Below, in pieces: positions 1 to 8,715 of a DNA stretch of 63,851 nt (position 1 is its first letter; every line of letters begins with the position of its first letter). A program made the translations under genes and the position numbers. Source of the DNA: a virus (Duplodnaviria; Heunggongvirae; Uroviricota; Caudoviricetes); the IMG/VR virus record IMGVR_UViG_3300028805_000039, positions 1 through 63,851 of that record; one strand, 5' to 3'. The notes beneath the pieces are model-generated. The model had not been told where the DNA came from. It saw only the letters and a program-made list of their open reading frames with translations, and made no database searches.

Positions 1-173
1 CACCGATAACAAAAACAATTCCTGAATATAAAGTAACAATAGATAAAAATGTTAGTCTTGTTGAATTTTATGATAAATATACAGTTTTAGAACAAGATGG
101 TTTGATTTTCACTATCATAGATAAAGATTGGGAAAATAAGGACTATAATGAGGTTTTAAATAATAATGAATAA
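1..173 (+). CDS. small membrane protein, paralog family (C-terminal fragment; 5' end outside window)
   Basis: Open frame ending at TAA 171-173. Its translation (...FYDKYTVLEQDGLIFTIIDKDWENKDYNEVLNNNE) resembles the C-terminus of the next two genes (FYEKYDVIKQDGMIFTIRDKDYKERDYE). Confidence 0.5.
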   Translation, partial: PITKTIPEYKVTIDKNVSLVEFYDKYTVLEQDGLIFTIIDKDWENKDYNEVLNNNE

Positions 174-552
174 TGGACTTATTTTATTAAATACACAACA
201 AGCATTTGAACATATTAAATTTGATTGGTATTTTGCTGGGAAACCTCTTTCTTGGGTAGCGGTTATCGCTACAGCTATACTTGTTATTATTGGAGTAATT
301 TTGATTATTTATGGAATACATAATTATGATGATGATGCTCTAGCATTTGGAGTTGTTTTTACTATAGTAGCTATTGGTATTATGATATTTACACTTATCC
401 ATGAAGTTAATAAAACATATCCACAATATCAAGTAACAATTACTGAAAAAACTAATATGAAAGAATTTTATGAAAAATATGATGTTATAAAACAAGACGG
501 TATGATATTTACTATTAGAGATAAAGACTATAAGGAGCGAGATTATGAATAA
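166..552 (+). CDS. small membrane protein (one TM helix), paralog 2 of a tandem family
   Basis: 128-aa ORF from the track with a hydrophobic TM segment. Its start overlaps the upstream stop and its stop overlaps the next start (ATGA). Confidence 0.6.
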   Translation: MNNGLILLNTQQAFEHIKFDWYFAGKPLSWVAVIATAILVIIGVILIIYGIHNYDDDALAFGVVFTIVAIGIMIFTLIHEVNKTYPQYQVTITEKTNMKEFYEKYDVIKQDGMIFTIRDKDYKERDYE

Positions 553-913
553 TATCCCAGGAATTAATATAATTAATCAAACCAGTGAAATGGTTACTGT
601 TTATGGAACTTCTTATCATTTTAAAGAGAGTATATTATATTTAGTAATTGTTTTAATTTTAGTTATAGGAGGTATTTTTCTACTTGAAAAAATACCTAAA
701 TTTGTTCTATTAATTTTACCAATAATAATATGTCTTGGTGGTTTTCTAACCGCCCAAGGTATTATGGCAGGTTTTCAAAAAGAAGAAAAAGAAATAATTA
801 CTTATACTGTTACTATGGATAAAACTACTCCATATATTGATTTATTGGACTATGAATTAATCGAAATAAAAGATAATAATACATATATCTTTAAAACAAA
901 AATAAATCCATAA
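545..913 (+). CDS. small membrane protein (two TM segments), paralog 3 of a tandem family
   Basis: 122-aa ORF. The C-terminus (YTVTMDKTTPYIDLLDYELIEIKDNNTYIF) resembles the C-terminus of the 166-552 product. Confidence 0.6.
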   Translation: MNNIPGINIINQTSEMVTVYGTSYHFKESILYLVIVLILVIGGIFLLEKIPKFVLLILPIIICLGGFLTAQGIMAGFQKEEKEIITYTVTMDKTTPYIDLLDYELIEIKDNNTYIFKTKINP

Positions 914-937
914 GATATAAAATCTTGTGGATTTTTT
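903..937 (+). terminator. rho-independent terminator (stem AATCCA/TGGATT followed by T6)
   Basis: Inverted repeat followed by a T-run directly after the stop at 913. Confidence 0.5.
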
Positions 938-938
938 A

Positions 939-967
939 TTTGAAAATTTTAAAAAAATATTATATAA
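939..967 (+). promoter_or_regulatory. sigma70-like promoter TTGAAA-N17-TATAAT with an A7 tract in the spacer
   Basis: Exact 17-bp spacing. The same architecture recurs at least 12 times in the window. Confidence 0.6.
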
Positions 968-1021
968 TATATATGTAAGATAAAGAAAGGAATGATTTCC
1001 TATGTGCAGGTGTTTTAATTG

Positions 1022-1879
1022 ATGGATTATGCTGCTAAAAAATATATTGATAATTATAGAGATTGGTTTGTAAATGAAGATAAGTGTGGCTGGAAAGATA
1101 ACTTTATTATTGATGAAATAAAACGAGATAAACGACCAGATAAATGGGAAATTTATGCATCAAATTTAACAGGCGAACCTATTTATGATAATAATGGTAA
1201 TTTAATTAAAAAATCTAATAAAAAAAATAAAAAGGAGAATAATAATATGAATATGGATTTTGGTTTTGGAAAGATGTTTAATGGTATGTTTGCTCCCGTT
1301 GCTCATGGTTATGTTAAAATGGGTATGAACGGTGAAGTGGCTATTCGAGTTGGTAATGATTATAAAACCTTTGATATTAAGAGGATGAAACTTGTCAATT
1401 GTGATAATTTTGCTTTTGATATGGATGGTATGTTTTGGGTTGTTCCTACCTTTAAGGTTGAGTGCGGCGACATTATCATGGTAAATGGCAAGCCTCGTTG
1501 TGTAATTGAAGTTAAGGATAAGTCTATTAGAACTTTTTCTTATGAAAATTCTACTATTGATGAAATCATTCCTGAGCATCACGTTTTTATGGGTAAGACT
1601 TATTGTTATGGCAAAATTTTCAGTCCTTTTATGAATATGGATAAATCTGATAATATGATGTCTAATATGATGCAGATGGCTATGATGAGCCAGATGTTTG
1701 GCGGCAATAATTCTAATAATAATGTATTTATGGGAATGAATCCTATGGCAATGATGTTTATGATGAATAATAATAATGGTGGCAATATGTTTAGTGATAT
1801 GTTCGCCGGAGCTTTTAATTTTGGAGAAGATGAAACCAAGACTGATAAACTTGGTACTGCTGTTAAGGAGGATAAGTAA
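1022..1879 (+). CDS. hypothetical protein with a Met/Asn-rich low-complexity C-terminal region
   Basis: ORF 1019-1879 with a probable ATG at 1022 and an internal strong RBS/ATG at 1247. The C-terminus is roughly 25% Met (MMSNMMQMAMMSQMF...MNPMAMMFMM). Confidence 0.6.
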   Translation: MDYAAKKYIDNYRDWFVNEDKCGWKDNFIIDEIKRDKRPDKWEIYASNLTGEPIYDNNGNLIKKSNKKNKKENNNMNMDFGFGKMFNGMFAPVAHGYVKMGMNGEVAIRVGNDYKTFDIKRMKLVNCDNFAFDMDGMFWVVPTFKVECGDIIMVNGKPRCVIEVKDKSIRTFSYENSTIDEIIPEHHVFMGKTYCYGKIFSPFMNMDKSDNMMSNMMQMAMMSQMFGGNNSNNNVFMGMNPMAMMFMMNNNNGGNMFSDMFAGAFNFGEDETKTDKLGTAVKEDK

Positions 1880-1881
1880 AG

Positions 1882-2763
1882 ATGGGTGGAGGCAGTTGGA
1901 CTAGTTCGGCATATGATACTTATACCAAAAGTACGCGAGGAATGAGTGCGGCAGAATATACAACTGCCCACCTTTCTACTCAGGAAGTTTTTAAAGTTAA
2001 TGAACTTTCTCCTGTTCTTAATCCTTATAATGTTGTTAGAGCTTGTCATGATAGTGATGAGCATCCTAATACTCTTCCGGTTATTTTAGCCCTTGATGTA
2101 ACTGGTTCAATGGGCTCTGCGGCTCGTACTGTTAACCAGAAGTTAAATGAAATTATGACTAAAATTTATGAAAATCCCAATATGCCTGATGTAGAATTCT
2201 GTGTAATGGGTATTGGTGATTTAAGTTATGATGATGCTCCTATTCAAATGTCACAATTTGAAAGCGATATTCGTATCGCGGAGCAGAATGACCAGATTTA
2301 CTTTGAAGCAGGTGGCGGTGCAAATCGTTATGAAAGCTATACTGCTGCTTGGTATATGGGCTCTCGCCATTGTGATTTACATTGTTGGAATCGTGGTAAG
2401 AAAGGAATCATTATCACTCTTGGTGATGAATTGCCTAATCCATATCTTCCAAAGGGCATGCTTAATAAAGTAACTGGTGACCACTTACAGGCAGACGTCG
2501 AAACCCCTGAACTTTATAATGAAGTAATTGAGAAATTTAATGTATATCATATTGCTGTTAATGATCATCATAGTTCTTATATATATTATAAAGAAGATGG
2601 CATTGATAAAAAATGGAGCAAATTACTTGGAGATCATTATAGTGTAGAAACTATTAATAGTCTTCCTTTGAGAATTACTCAAATTATTGAGGAAAATATT
2701 GAGGGCAATACAGAAAATACCTCTGGTATTGTTTTTGATGAAAATAATGCTGTAAAATGGTAA
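1882..2763 (+). CDS. von Willebrand factor type A (vWA) domain protein
   Basis: A MIDAS-like DxTGS motif (ILALDVTGSMG) and a downstream ITLGDELPN motif typical of vWA folds. Confidence 0.7.
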   Translation: MGGGSWTSSAYDTYTKSTRGMSAAEYTTAHLSTQEVFKVNELSPVLNPYNVVRACHDSDEHPNTLPVILALDVTGSMGSAARTVNQKLNEIMTKIYENPNMPDVEFCVMGIGDLSYDDAPIQMSQFESDIRIAEQNDQIYFEAGGGANRYESYTAAWYMGSRHCDLHCWNRGKKGIIITLGDELPNPYLPKGMLNKVTGDHLQADVETPELYNEVIEKFNVYHIAVNDHHSSYIYYKEDGIDKKWSKLLGDHYSVETINSLPLRITQIIEENIEGNTENTSGIVFDENNAVKW

Positions 2764-2772
2764 AAATAAAAA

Positions 2773-2808
2773 ATAGCGGATTTCCAAAATTTGGAAATCC
2801 GCTATTTT
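2773..2808. terminator. bidirectional rho-independent terminator (AATAGCGGATTTCCAAA/TTTGGAAATCCGCTATT)
   Basis: Perfect 15-bp inverted repeat between the convergent genes 1882-2763(+) and 2810-3070(-), flanked by T/A runs. Confidence 0.7.
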
Positions 2809-2809
2809 C

Positions 2810-3070
2810 TTAACCATAAACATATGGTCCCCAATCACCTGGCACCCAATATGGGTCAACTGTTGGGGTTGGAGTTTGAATCGGCATAGGGGCTGGCTGA
2901 GCCTAAAACAACAAAGGCGGCTATGTCGGTATTGGAGTTTCAATAATTACAGGAGTAAAAGTTGTCACAGGAGGATCAATAACTGGTTCTCTAATATATA
3001 TATACCAATAAGCAGCAGCTCCTACTAAAATCACAAGGATAAGAATCGCAATAACTATATTTTTAAACAT
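2810..3070 (-). CDS. small signal-anchored proline-rich protein, two in-frame TAG (Gln) codons
   Basis: ATG at 3070 preceded by an AAGGG RBS. The product reads MFKNIVIAILILVILVGAAAYWYIY...PIPTQPPLLFQAQPAPMPIQTPTPT...GDWGPYVYG and ends at TAA 2810-2812. Continuous only if TAG is read as sense. Confidence 0.5.
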
Positions 3071-3143
3071 TACATTCACACCCTTTCTAATTAAATTTAA
3101 AAGTAAATATAACTTTTTTAATCTTATTTACCCAATCTTTTAT

Positions 3144-3172
3144 TTGAAAATATTAAAAAAATATTATATAAT
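3144..3172 (+). promoter_or_regulatory. sigma70-like promoter TTGAAA-N17(A7)-TATAAT
   Basis: Same consensus as 939-967. Confidence 0.6.
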
Positions 3173-3207
3173 ATTTATAGAAAATAAAGAAAAAGGAATT
3201 AATATTT

Positions 3208-3393
3208 ATGGAATGGAATGAAAAAATTAAAGAAGGAATGAAATTAATTGCCGCAGGATGTTTTGAAGAAGGTGGATTTGCCACTTGTCGAATGAGTAAA
3301 TGTCCTTTTGGAGATTATTGTTGGATTATCAAAAGAGAAAAAGAAGAATATGATAATGACTTAATGGAGCCTTTGTATTGGGATGAAATTTAA
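3208..3393 (+). CDS. small Cys-containing hypothetical protein
   Basis: 61-aa ORF downstream of a promoter and RBS. Confidence 0.5.
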   Translation: MEWNEKIKEGMKLIAAGCFEEGGFATCRMSKCPFGDYCWIIKREKEEYDNDLMEPLYWDEI

Positions 3394-3408
3394 AGGAGTT
3401 GATAGAAT

Positions 3409-4578
3409 ATGAAGAAAGTAAAAATTGTTGTTGGTGCCAATTATGGAGATGAAAGCAAAGGGCTGGTTACTCATCAGTTTTGTAAAGATGCTATACACAC
3501 TTATGATAATACTATTGTAATTTTTCATAATGGTTCTGCCCAGCGTGGGCATACCGTAGATTATAATCCTGATTTCCGCCATGTTTATCATCATTTTGGA
3601 TGCGGAACCGCAGAAGGCATTCCTACTTATTTCGCTGATACCTTTTGGGTTCATCCTATGGAATATTATCGAGAATATGGAGAACTTCTTCGTCAAAATA
3701 TTCATCCACCTATTACTCAATGTAGTCCAAAAGCAAAAGTAGTTACTCCATTTGATATGATTGTAGACCACGCAACAGAGGCTTATATTGGATGGCAGAA
3801 TGGAGAACGCGAGCATGGCTCTTGCGGTTATGGCACTTGGTGTGCTACTGATAGAGAATTTTTTGGACATAAAATCTATACCATAGAAGATTATCTTAAA
3901 GCAGAAAATAACACTAAACTTGGAGTAATGCTTCGTCTTACTTTTTATGATTGTTTAACATTATTGCAGAATATTCGTAATGTTGATTTAGATAAAATTC
4001 CTGAATATGCTGTGTATTTTAAAGATGAAACTCGTATTGATAATACAATTAATCATTTTATTGATGATTTAAAATTCTTTATATCACATAATGAGTTTTT
4101 TTCATTCGATAGTGTTTATTATATTTTTGATAATTTGATTTTTGAAGGAGCACAAGGTCTTGGCCTTGATAAAGATTGCGGAAAAGAATGGCACACTACT
4201 TCTTCTACTGGTTTGACAAATCCTTATAACATGTTAAAAGATAAAGATAATTTTAAAGCAGAAGTATGTTATGTCTCTCGTGCTTATAATACCCGACATG
4301 GAATTGGAGACCTTGAAGAAGAAACAACTAAATCTTCTATTAATAAAGATATGGAAGATAAAACTAATATTCATAATGAATTTCAAGGTAGTCTTCGTTA
4401 TGGATATATTGATGATGCTGAACGCGGAAAAAGAATTTCAAAAGATTATTCTATTGTTGAAAAAGATAATAGATTTTTTAGGACTGATGCTCTTACTCAT
4501 TGTAATGAATTTCCAGAAGTAAATCCTAAATTATATAATTATGCTAGTTTTAATCCATATAGTGTATTGAAAGGATAA
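3409..4578 (+). CDS. adenylosuccinate synthetase family protein (PurA/PurZ-like)
   Basis: N-terminal VVGANYGDESKG (PurA P-loop GDEGKGK-like) and NGSAQRGHTV (PurA GHT His motif). The 389-aa length is shorter than bacterial PurA, as is typical of phage PurZ. Confidence 0.6.
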   Translation: MKKVKIVVGANYGDESKGLVTHQFCKDAIHTYDNTIVIFHNGSAQRGHTVDYNPDFRHVYHHFGCGTAEGIPTYFADTFWVHPMEYYREYGELLRQNIHPPITQCSPKAKVVTPFDMIVDHATEAYIGWQNGEREHGSCGYGTWCATDREFFGHKIYTIEDYLKAENNTKLGVMLRLTFYDCLTLLQNIRNVDLDKIPEYAVYFKDETRIDNTINHFIDDLKFFISHNEFFSFDSVYYIFDNLIFEGAQGLGLDKDCGKEWHTTSSTGLTNPYNMLKDKDNFKAEVCYVSRAYNTRHGIGDLEEETTKSSINKDMEDKTNIHNEFQGSLRYGYIDDAERGKRISKDYSIVEKDNRFFRTDALTHCNEFPEVNPKLYNYASFNPYSVLKG

Positions 4579-4583
4579 ATTAC

Positions 4584-5243
4584 ATGACTAATTTTGTTAT
4601 GACTCGTTTTGGTGATGTTCTTTTTGGTCTTATTATTATTTTTAGTCTTTATAAATTTGGAATGACAATTTATCATTTAACATCATTTTATAACCATACA
4701 CATGGGCAAGCATATTTTACTAATGTAGGAACTACATTAAATTTTGAAGATCTGCCAAGACTTACTTTTAAACAATTTTTAAGTTTTTATAATATTAATC
4801 CTGAAAAATGGTTTATTATGCAAGGCACAAAATGGAACCATCATCCCACTAGAATTTATCAAAGCAGTGGGCAGCCCATTTGTTTTAAAACTGTTTTTGA
4901 TTATGTAAAATATATTAAATGGATTAAAAAGCAAGCTAAAAACAAAAAAGAAAAAGCCCGTGCTGAAAAACTTCAATCTATTGTTGATGATGTAAAAAAA
5001 GATATTAATAAAATTAATAAAGATTATGAAAATGTCCTTACTGAAAGCACTAAAACTTATTTACAAGTTGCTACTCGCCTTAAAGATGATATGAAATATT
5101 ATGTAGATATTAATGAAGTTAGTAGTATAGATACATCAAAATTATATAAAGGGGAACCTATATGTATCATTAATAGTTTGACTGGTAAAAGAAAATATTA
5201 TATTTGGGATGGAGAAAACTTTATCTTTGTTAAAATTTTTTAA
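4584..5243 (+). CDS. hypothetical protein
   Basis: 219-aa ORF with a hydrophobic N-terminus. Confidence 0.5.
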   Translation: MTNFVMTRFGDVLFGLIIIFSLYKFGMTIYHLTSFYNHTHGQAYFTNVGTTLNFEDLPRLTFKQFLSFYNINPEKWFIMQGTKWNHHPTRIYQSSGQPICFKTVFDYVKYIKWIKKQAKNKKEKARAEKLQSIVDDVKKDINKINKDYENVLTESTKTYLQVATRLKDDMKYYVDINEVSSIDTSKLYKGEPICIINSLTGKRKYYIWDGENFIFVKIF

Positions 5244-5246
5244 AAG

Positions 5247-5276
5247 GAATGGATATTAACCATTCCTTTTTTTAAT
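5247..5276 (+). terminator. rho-independent terminator (GGAATGG...CCATTCC + T7)
   Basis: Hairpin followed by a T-run immediately after the stop. Confidence 0.6.
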
Positions 5277-5291
5277 AAAAAGATTTTTTAT

Positions 5292-5320
5292 TTGAAAATT
5301 TATAAAAAATATTGTATAAT
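5292..5320 (+). promoter_or_regulatory. sigma70-like promoter TTGAAA-N17-TGtTATAAT (extended -10)
   Basis: Consensus match with 17-bp spacing. Confidence 0.6.
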
Positions 5321-5353
5321 ATTTATAGAAAATAAATAAAGGAGTTTTTATTT

Positions 5354-5539
5354 ATGTGGTATGCTTATAAACTTAATGACCAACAGGAATGGGTTAAAAT
5401 GAAAACTTTTGACAAACTTGAAGATTATAAAGCCTATGTTGAAACACATCGAGTAACTAATTCAATGTGCTCGAATAATGAAATTGATTTGCGCGGAAAG
5501 GCTTATAGCGAACGATGGGACAAAGCAGTAATGAATTAA
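5354..5539 (+). CDS. hypothetical protein
   Basis: 61-aa ORF. Confidence 0.5.
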   Translation: MWYAYKLNDQQEWVKMKTFDKLEDYKAYVETHRVTNSMCSNNEIDLRGKAYSERWDKAVMN

Positions 5540-5700
5540 TTCAAATAGAAATTGACCATGTCTTAAATAGCCAAAATGCGAATGAACAATTAAGGATTTT
5601 CTAGAAAGTTTTCCCAAAGCGTGAAATAATTGGAGTATCTATGGTGCCTGCTGATCCAGTAGGTTGGTTTATGACAATAACTTATAAAGTATTATACTAA
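5515..5700 (+). CDS. possible small protein (one TAG codon), GC-richer island
   Basis: The frame is open from 5488 to TAA 5698-5700 if TAG is read as sense. ATG candidates are 5515 or 5641 (the latter has a GGAG RBS). Overlaps the preceding gene. Confidence 0.25.
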
Positions 5701-5713
5701 GGAGTTGATAAAG

Positions 5714-6466
5714 ATGGCAGTTTATGCTTGCGCTGATTTGCATGGTTGTTACTGGGCATGGGAACAGATTAAGAATATTTTACAGCCAAATGATACATTA
5801 TATTTTTTAGGCGACGCAGCAGATAGAGGTCCTGATGGTTGGACTATTATGAAAGAATTATTGAACAATAGTCAAGTAATTTATTTAATTGGTAATCATG
5901 AACGAATGTTTCTTAATAATTGGGGAAGTTATGATGGACATGACCTTGAAAATTATCATCATTTAGATGATCATATTTGGAATTGGTATTGTAATGGTGG
6001 AGAAATTACCGATTCTCAATTTATTCAAGATTCTATCTCTGGCGAAGAAAAGGTTAGTTATATTAGACAATTAAATGACTTACCTTTTATAACAGTTTAT
6101 CATAATGAATTTAATGAAGACGTAGTTCTTTGCCATGCCGGATGTGACTATCATGATATTGATAAATTAACAGAAGAAGCAGCTATTTGGGACAGAACTC
6201 ATTATATATTTAATAAATGGGATGGCCCCAATAATGTTTATATTATTCATGGGCATACTCCTATTCCTCTACTTATCCAAGAGCAAGAAAAGTTTAACAG
6301 ATGGCATAGCCTTGGATATAGTATTCCAAAAGCCGAAGCACTTGAAGGAGCTTATTGGTATGCTGGCGGGCATAAGTGTTGTATTGATTGTGGGGCAGTA
6401 TTTACAGATCAAACAGTATTATTAAATCTTGATACATGGGAAGAAATTATAATTAATAAGGAGTAA
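5714..6466 (+). CDS. calcineurin-like metallophosphoesterase (Ser/Thr phosphatase / ApaH-like)
   Basis: Motifs ADLHG, GDAADRG and GNHE. AGGAG lies 9 nt before ATG 5714. Confidence 0.7.
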   Translation: MAVYACADLHGCYWAWEQIKNILQPNDTLYFLGDAADRGPDGWTIMKELLNNSQVIYLIGNHERMFLNNWGSYDGHDLENYHHLDDHIWNWYCNGGEITDSQFIQDSISGEEKVSYIRQLNDLPFITVYHNEFNEDVVLCHAGCDYHDIDKLTEEAAIWDRTHYIFNKWDGPNNVYIIHGHTPIPLLIQEQEKFNRWHSLGYSIPKAEALEGAYWYAGGHKCCIDCGAVFTDQTVLLNLDTWEEIIINKE

Positions 6467-6471
6467 AAATT

Positions 6472-6657
6472 ATGTGGGATCTTGTTGAAGAAATGTTGAA
6501 AACTATTGCTATTATACTTGGAATTGTACTTCTGTTTTGTTTTCCAGCTATGTGGCTTTGGAATTGGTTAATGCCATATATTTTTAATTTACCAACGTTA
6601 ACATTTGGACAGATGGGTGGCCTTTTGCTTTTAGCTTATTTATTTTTCCATGAATAA
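6472..6657 (+). CDS. small membrane protein
   Basis: 61 aa with two hydrophobic segments. Confidence 0.45.
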   Translation: MWDLVEEMLKTIAIILGIVLLFCFPAMWLWNWLMPYIFNLPTLTFGQMGGLLLLAYLFFHE

Positions 6658-6671
6658 GGAGGAACTATATA

Positions 6672-6941
6672 ATGAAAACTAAAAGAATGGATAGACATAG
6701 TTTTTATTGTATGAATTGTGGAGAAAAAGTTTATGAATTAATGAGACCGGTCAGCCATCAATATGGAAAACATCATCGTAAAGCATTATATTGTCCTTGG
6801 TGCAAGTTAACTGTTAATACGATAGAATGTCGTAATGACAATGAAGTTTATGAGTTTAAAGAAGCCTTCGCCGCCGGAGAATATAAAGAAGAATTAAAAG
6901 AATCTATTGATTTTATTAAAAATAATTATATGGAGTTGTGA
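6672..6941 (+). CDS. zinc-ribbon protein
   Basis: CMNCG...CPWC Cys pairs. Confidence 0.5.
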   Translation: MKTKRMDRHSFYCMNCGEKVYELMRPVSHQYGKHHRKALYCPWCKLTVNTIECRNDNEVYEFKEAFAAGEYKEELKESIDFIKNNYMEL

Positions 6942-6945
6942 TACT

Positions 6946-7431
6946 ATGACTACTTTATACATTATGGTTGGAGCTCCTGGTAGTGGAAAAAGTTATTTTG
7001 CTAAGAAATATCTCTTTGCTGGTAAACCTCATATTGTATATATTTCTCGTGATGAAGTTAGATATTCAATGATTAATGAAAAAGACTCTTATTTTAGTAA
7101 AGAAGATGATGTTTTTGCTGAATTTGTAAGGCGTATTAAATATCATATTGCTATTGGAGCTGATGCGGTCATTGCTGATGCTACTCACTTAAATTGGAAT
7201 AGTCGTCGTAAATTGCTTAATGCTTTAAATATCCTTAATGAAACAAATAATAATTTGGCTATTATTCCAGTTGTATTAAAACCAAATATTAATATTGTTT
7301 TAGAAAGGAATAATACTAGAGAAGGACGAGCCAATGTCCCAGAAGATGTAGTAAAAAGAATGTGGAATAATCAGACTTCTCCTAAAACCGATCCTTTTAA
7401 CTATACTGCAATAATGGAGGTAATTACATGA
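6946..7431 (+). CDS. P-loop kinase (AAA/zeta-toxin-like nucleotide or polynucleotide kinase)
   Basis: Walker A motif GAPGSGKS. ATG 6946 lies inside the longer track ORF 6907-7431. Confidence 0.55.
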   Translation: MTTLYIMVGAPGSGKSYFAKKYLFAGKPHIVYISRDEVRYSMINEKDSYFSKEDDVFAEFVRRIKYHIAIGADAVIADATHLNWNSRRKLLNALNILNETNNNLAIIPVVLKPNINIVLERNNTREGRANVPEDVVKRMWNNQTSPKTDPFNYTAIMEVIT

Positions 7432-7646
7432 TAATTACTACATTACTTTATATTTTTGCTACTATTGGAGTATTAAATACAATTACTGCTATTATTTTTT
7501 TAATCTATTTAATAGTAGATATAAATAACTATAAAGAATGGGAATATATAGAAGGGTATGGATTTAAAAATATTTGGAAAAATGAACGAAATGGAAATGA
7601 AGAGGAAATATCTGGAAGTAATCAAAATAATAGTAGCAAATGCTAA
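7428..7646 (+). CDS. small membrane protein
   Basis: 72 aa with a hydrophobic N-terminus. ATGA start overlaps the upstream stop. Confidence 0.45.
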   Translation: MIITTLLYIFATIGVLNTITAIIFLIYLIVDINNYKEWEYIEGYGFKNIWKNERNGNEEEISGSNQNNSSKC

Positions 7647-7805
7647 ACCAGAATCTTATACATTAAACTAGTTGCGGTGTGTTAATCAAATTTTAATGTA
7701 TGGTGCTAATACAACTCACCTTAAAGGATCTAATAATAGTTTTGGAATGGATGAAGGTTGGAAGGTAGATTATTTTCCAACTTCTTTTGTAAAGGATGAT
7801 AATGA

Positions 7806-8378
7806 ATGAATAAAATTTGGCTTTCTAGCGACTATCATTTCCAGCATGATAGAGAATTTATTTATAAACCAAGAGGATTCAATAGTGTAGATGAAATGAA
7901 TAATACTATTATTACAAATCATAATAATATTGTTGATAATGATGATGATGTATATTTACTTGGTGATTTAATGTTAGGTGGTCCTGATAAAATGGATACA
8001 GGACTTGAAATGATTAGAGCATTAAATGGGCGGCTCCATTTAGTGCGAGGAAATCATGATACTAATAAAAGATGGGAAGTATATGCTACACTTCCTAATG
8101 TAATAGAACAGAAAAATGCTATTTATTTAGATTATCATAAATATCATTTTTATATGAGCCATTATCCTACAATTACTAGCAATCTTGAAAAAGAAAGTCT
8201 TCATCAATGTACTATTAATCTATATGGACATACTCATCAACATAATTCTAATTTTTATATGGATATTCCATATATCTATCATGTTGGGCTTGATTCTCAT
8301 CATAATTGTTTAATTAATTTAGATGATGCTATTTTAGATATGAAACAAAAGGTGCAGGAGTGTTTTGATGAACTTTGA
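7806..8378 (+). CDS. metallophosphoesterase (YfcE/MPP family)
   Basis: Motifs SDYHF, GDLMLGG, GNHD and GHTH. Confidence 0.7.
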   Translation: MNKIWLSSDYHFQHDREFIYKPRGFNSVDEMNNTIITNHNNIVDNDDDVYLLGDLMLGGPDKMDTGLEMIRALNGRLHLVRGNHDTNKRWEVYATLPNVIEQKNAIYLDYHKYHFYMSHYPTITSNLEKESLHQCTINLYGHTHQHNSNFYMDIPYIYHVGLDSHHNCLINLDDAILDMKQKVQECFDEL

Positions 8379-8715
8379 AAAATTTTTTGATTTAATGCGG
8401 GAATCACGTTGTGGCCTTTGTGCTGAAAAAGATAAAGGTTGTAAAGGGTTTGATATTGCTGGTAAATGTAAAGATTTTAAATTAAAGCCTTTTTCAGATA
8501 GAATGAATATATACTATAAAGCTTGTTTTTGTTGTGAAAATTATTTTAATTGTGATGAAAAAGATAATGACAGTTTCAAATGCCATAATTATAAAAAATA
8601 TATCCCTAGATGTGATAAATGTGTTTTTACAAAAGGTATTTGTGGTTATCATGACACGCATGGAGAGTGTATTTCTTATAAACGTGATCCCCCTGATGGT
8701 GGATACTATGGATAA
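8365..8715 (+). CDS. Cys-rich hypothetical protein
   Basis: 116 aa with about 20 Cys residues. Confidence 0.5.
   Translation: MMNFEKFFDLMRESRCGLCAEKDKGCKGFDIAGKCKDFKLKPFSDRMNIYYKACFCCENYFNCDEKDNDSFKCHNYKKYIPRCDKCVFTKGICGYHDTHGECISYKRDPPDGGYYG

Noticed and set aside
1202-2064. Minus-strand ORFs 1202-1582 and 1606-2064.
   Set aside because: They are antisense to well-supported plus-strand genes and have low-complexity translations (runs of I/L/F/N). They are typical AT-rich antisense artefacts.
2228-2473. Plus-strand ORF 2228-2473 inside the vWA gene in another frame.
   Set aside because: It overlaps the motif-bearing vWA frame, has a hydrophobic junk translation and no RBS.
3361-3870. Minus-strand ORF 3361-3870.
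   Set aside because: It is antisense to the PurA-like gene, which carries conserved catalytic motifs.
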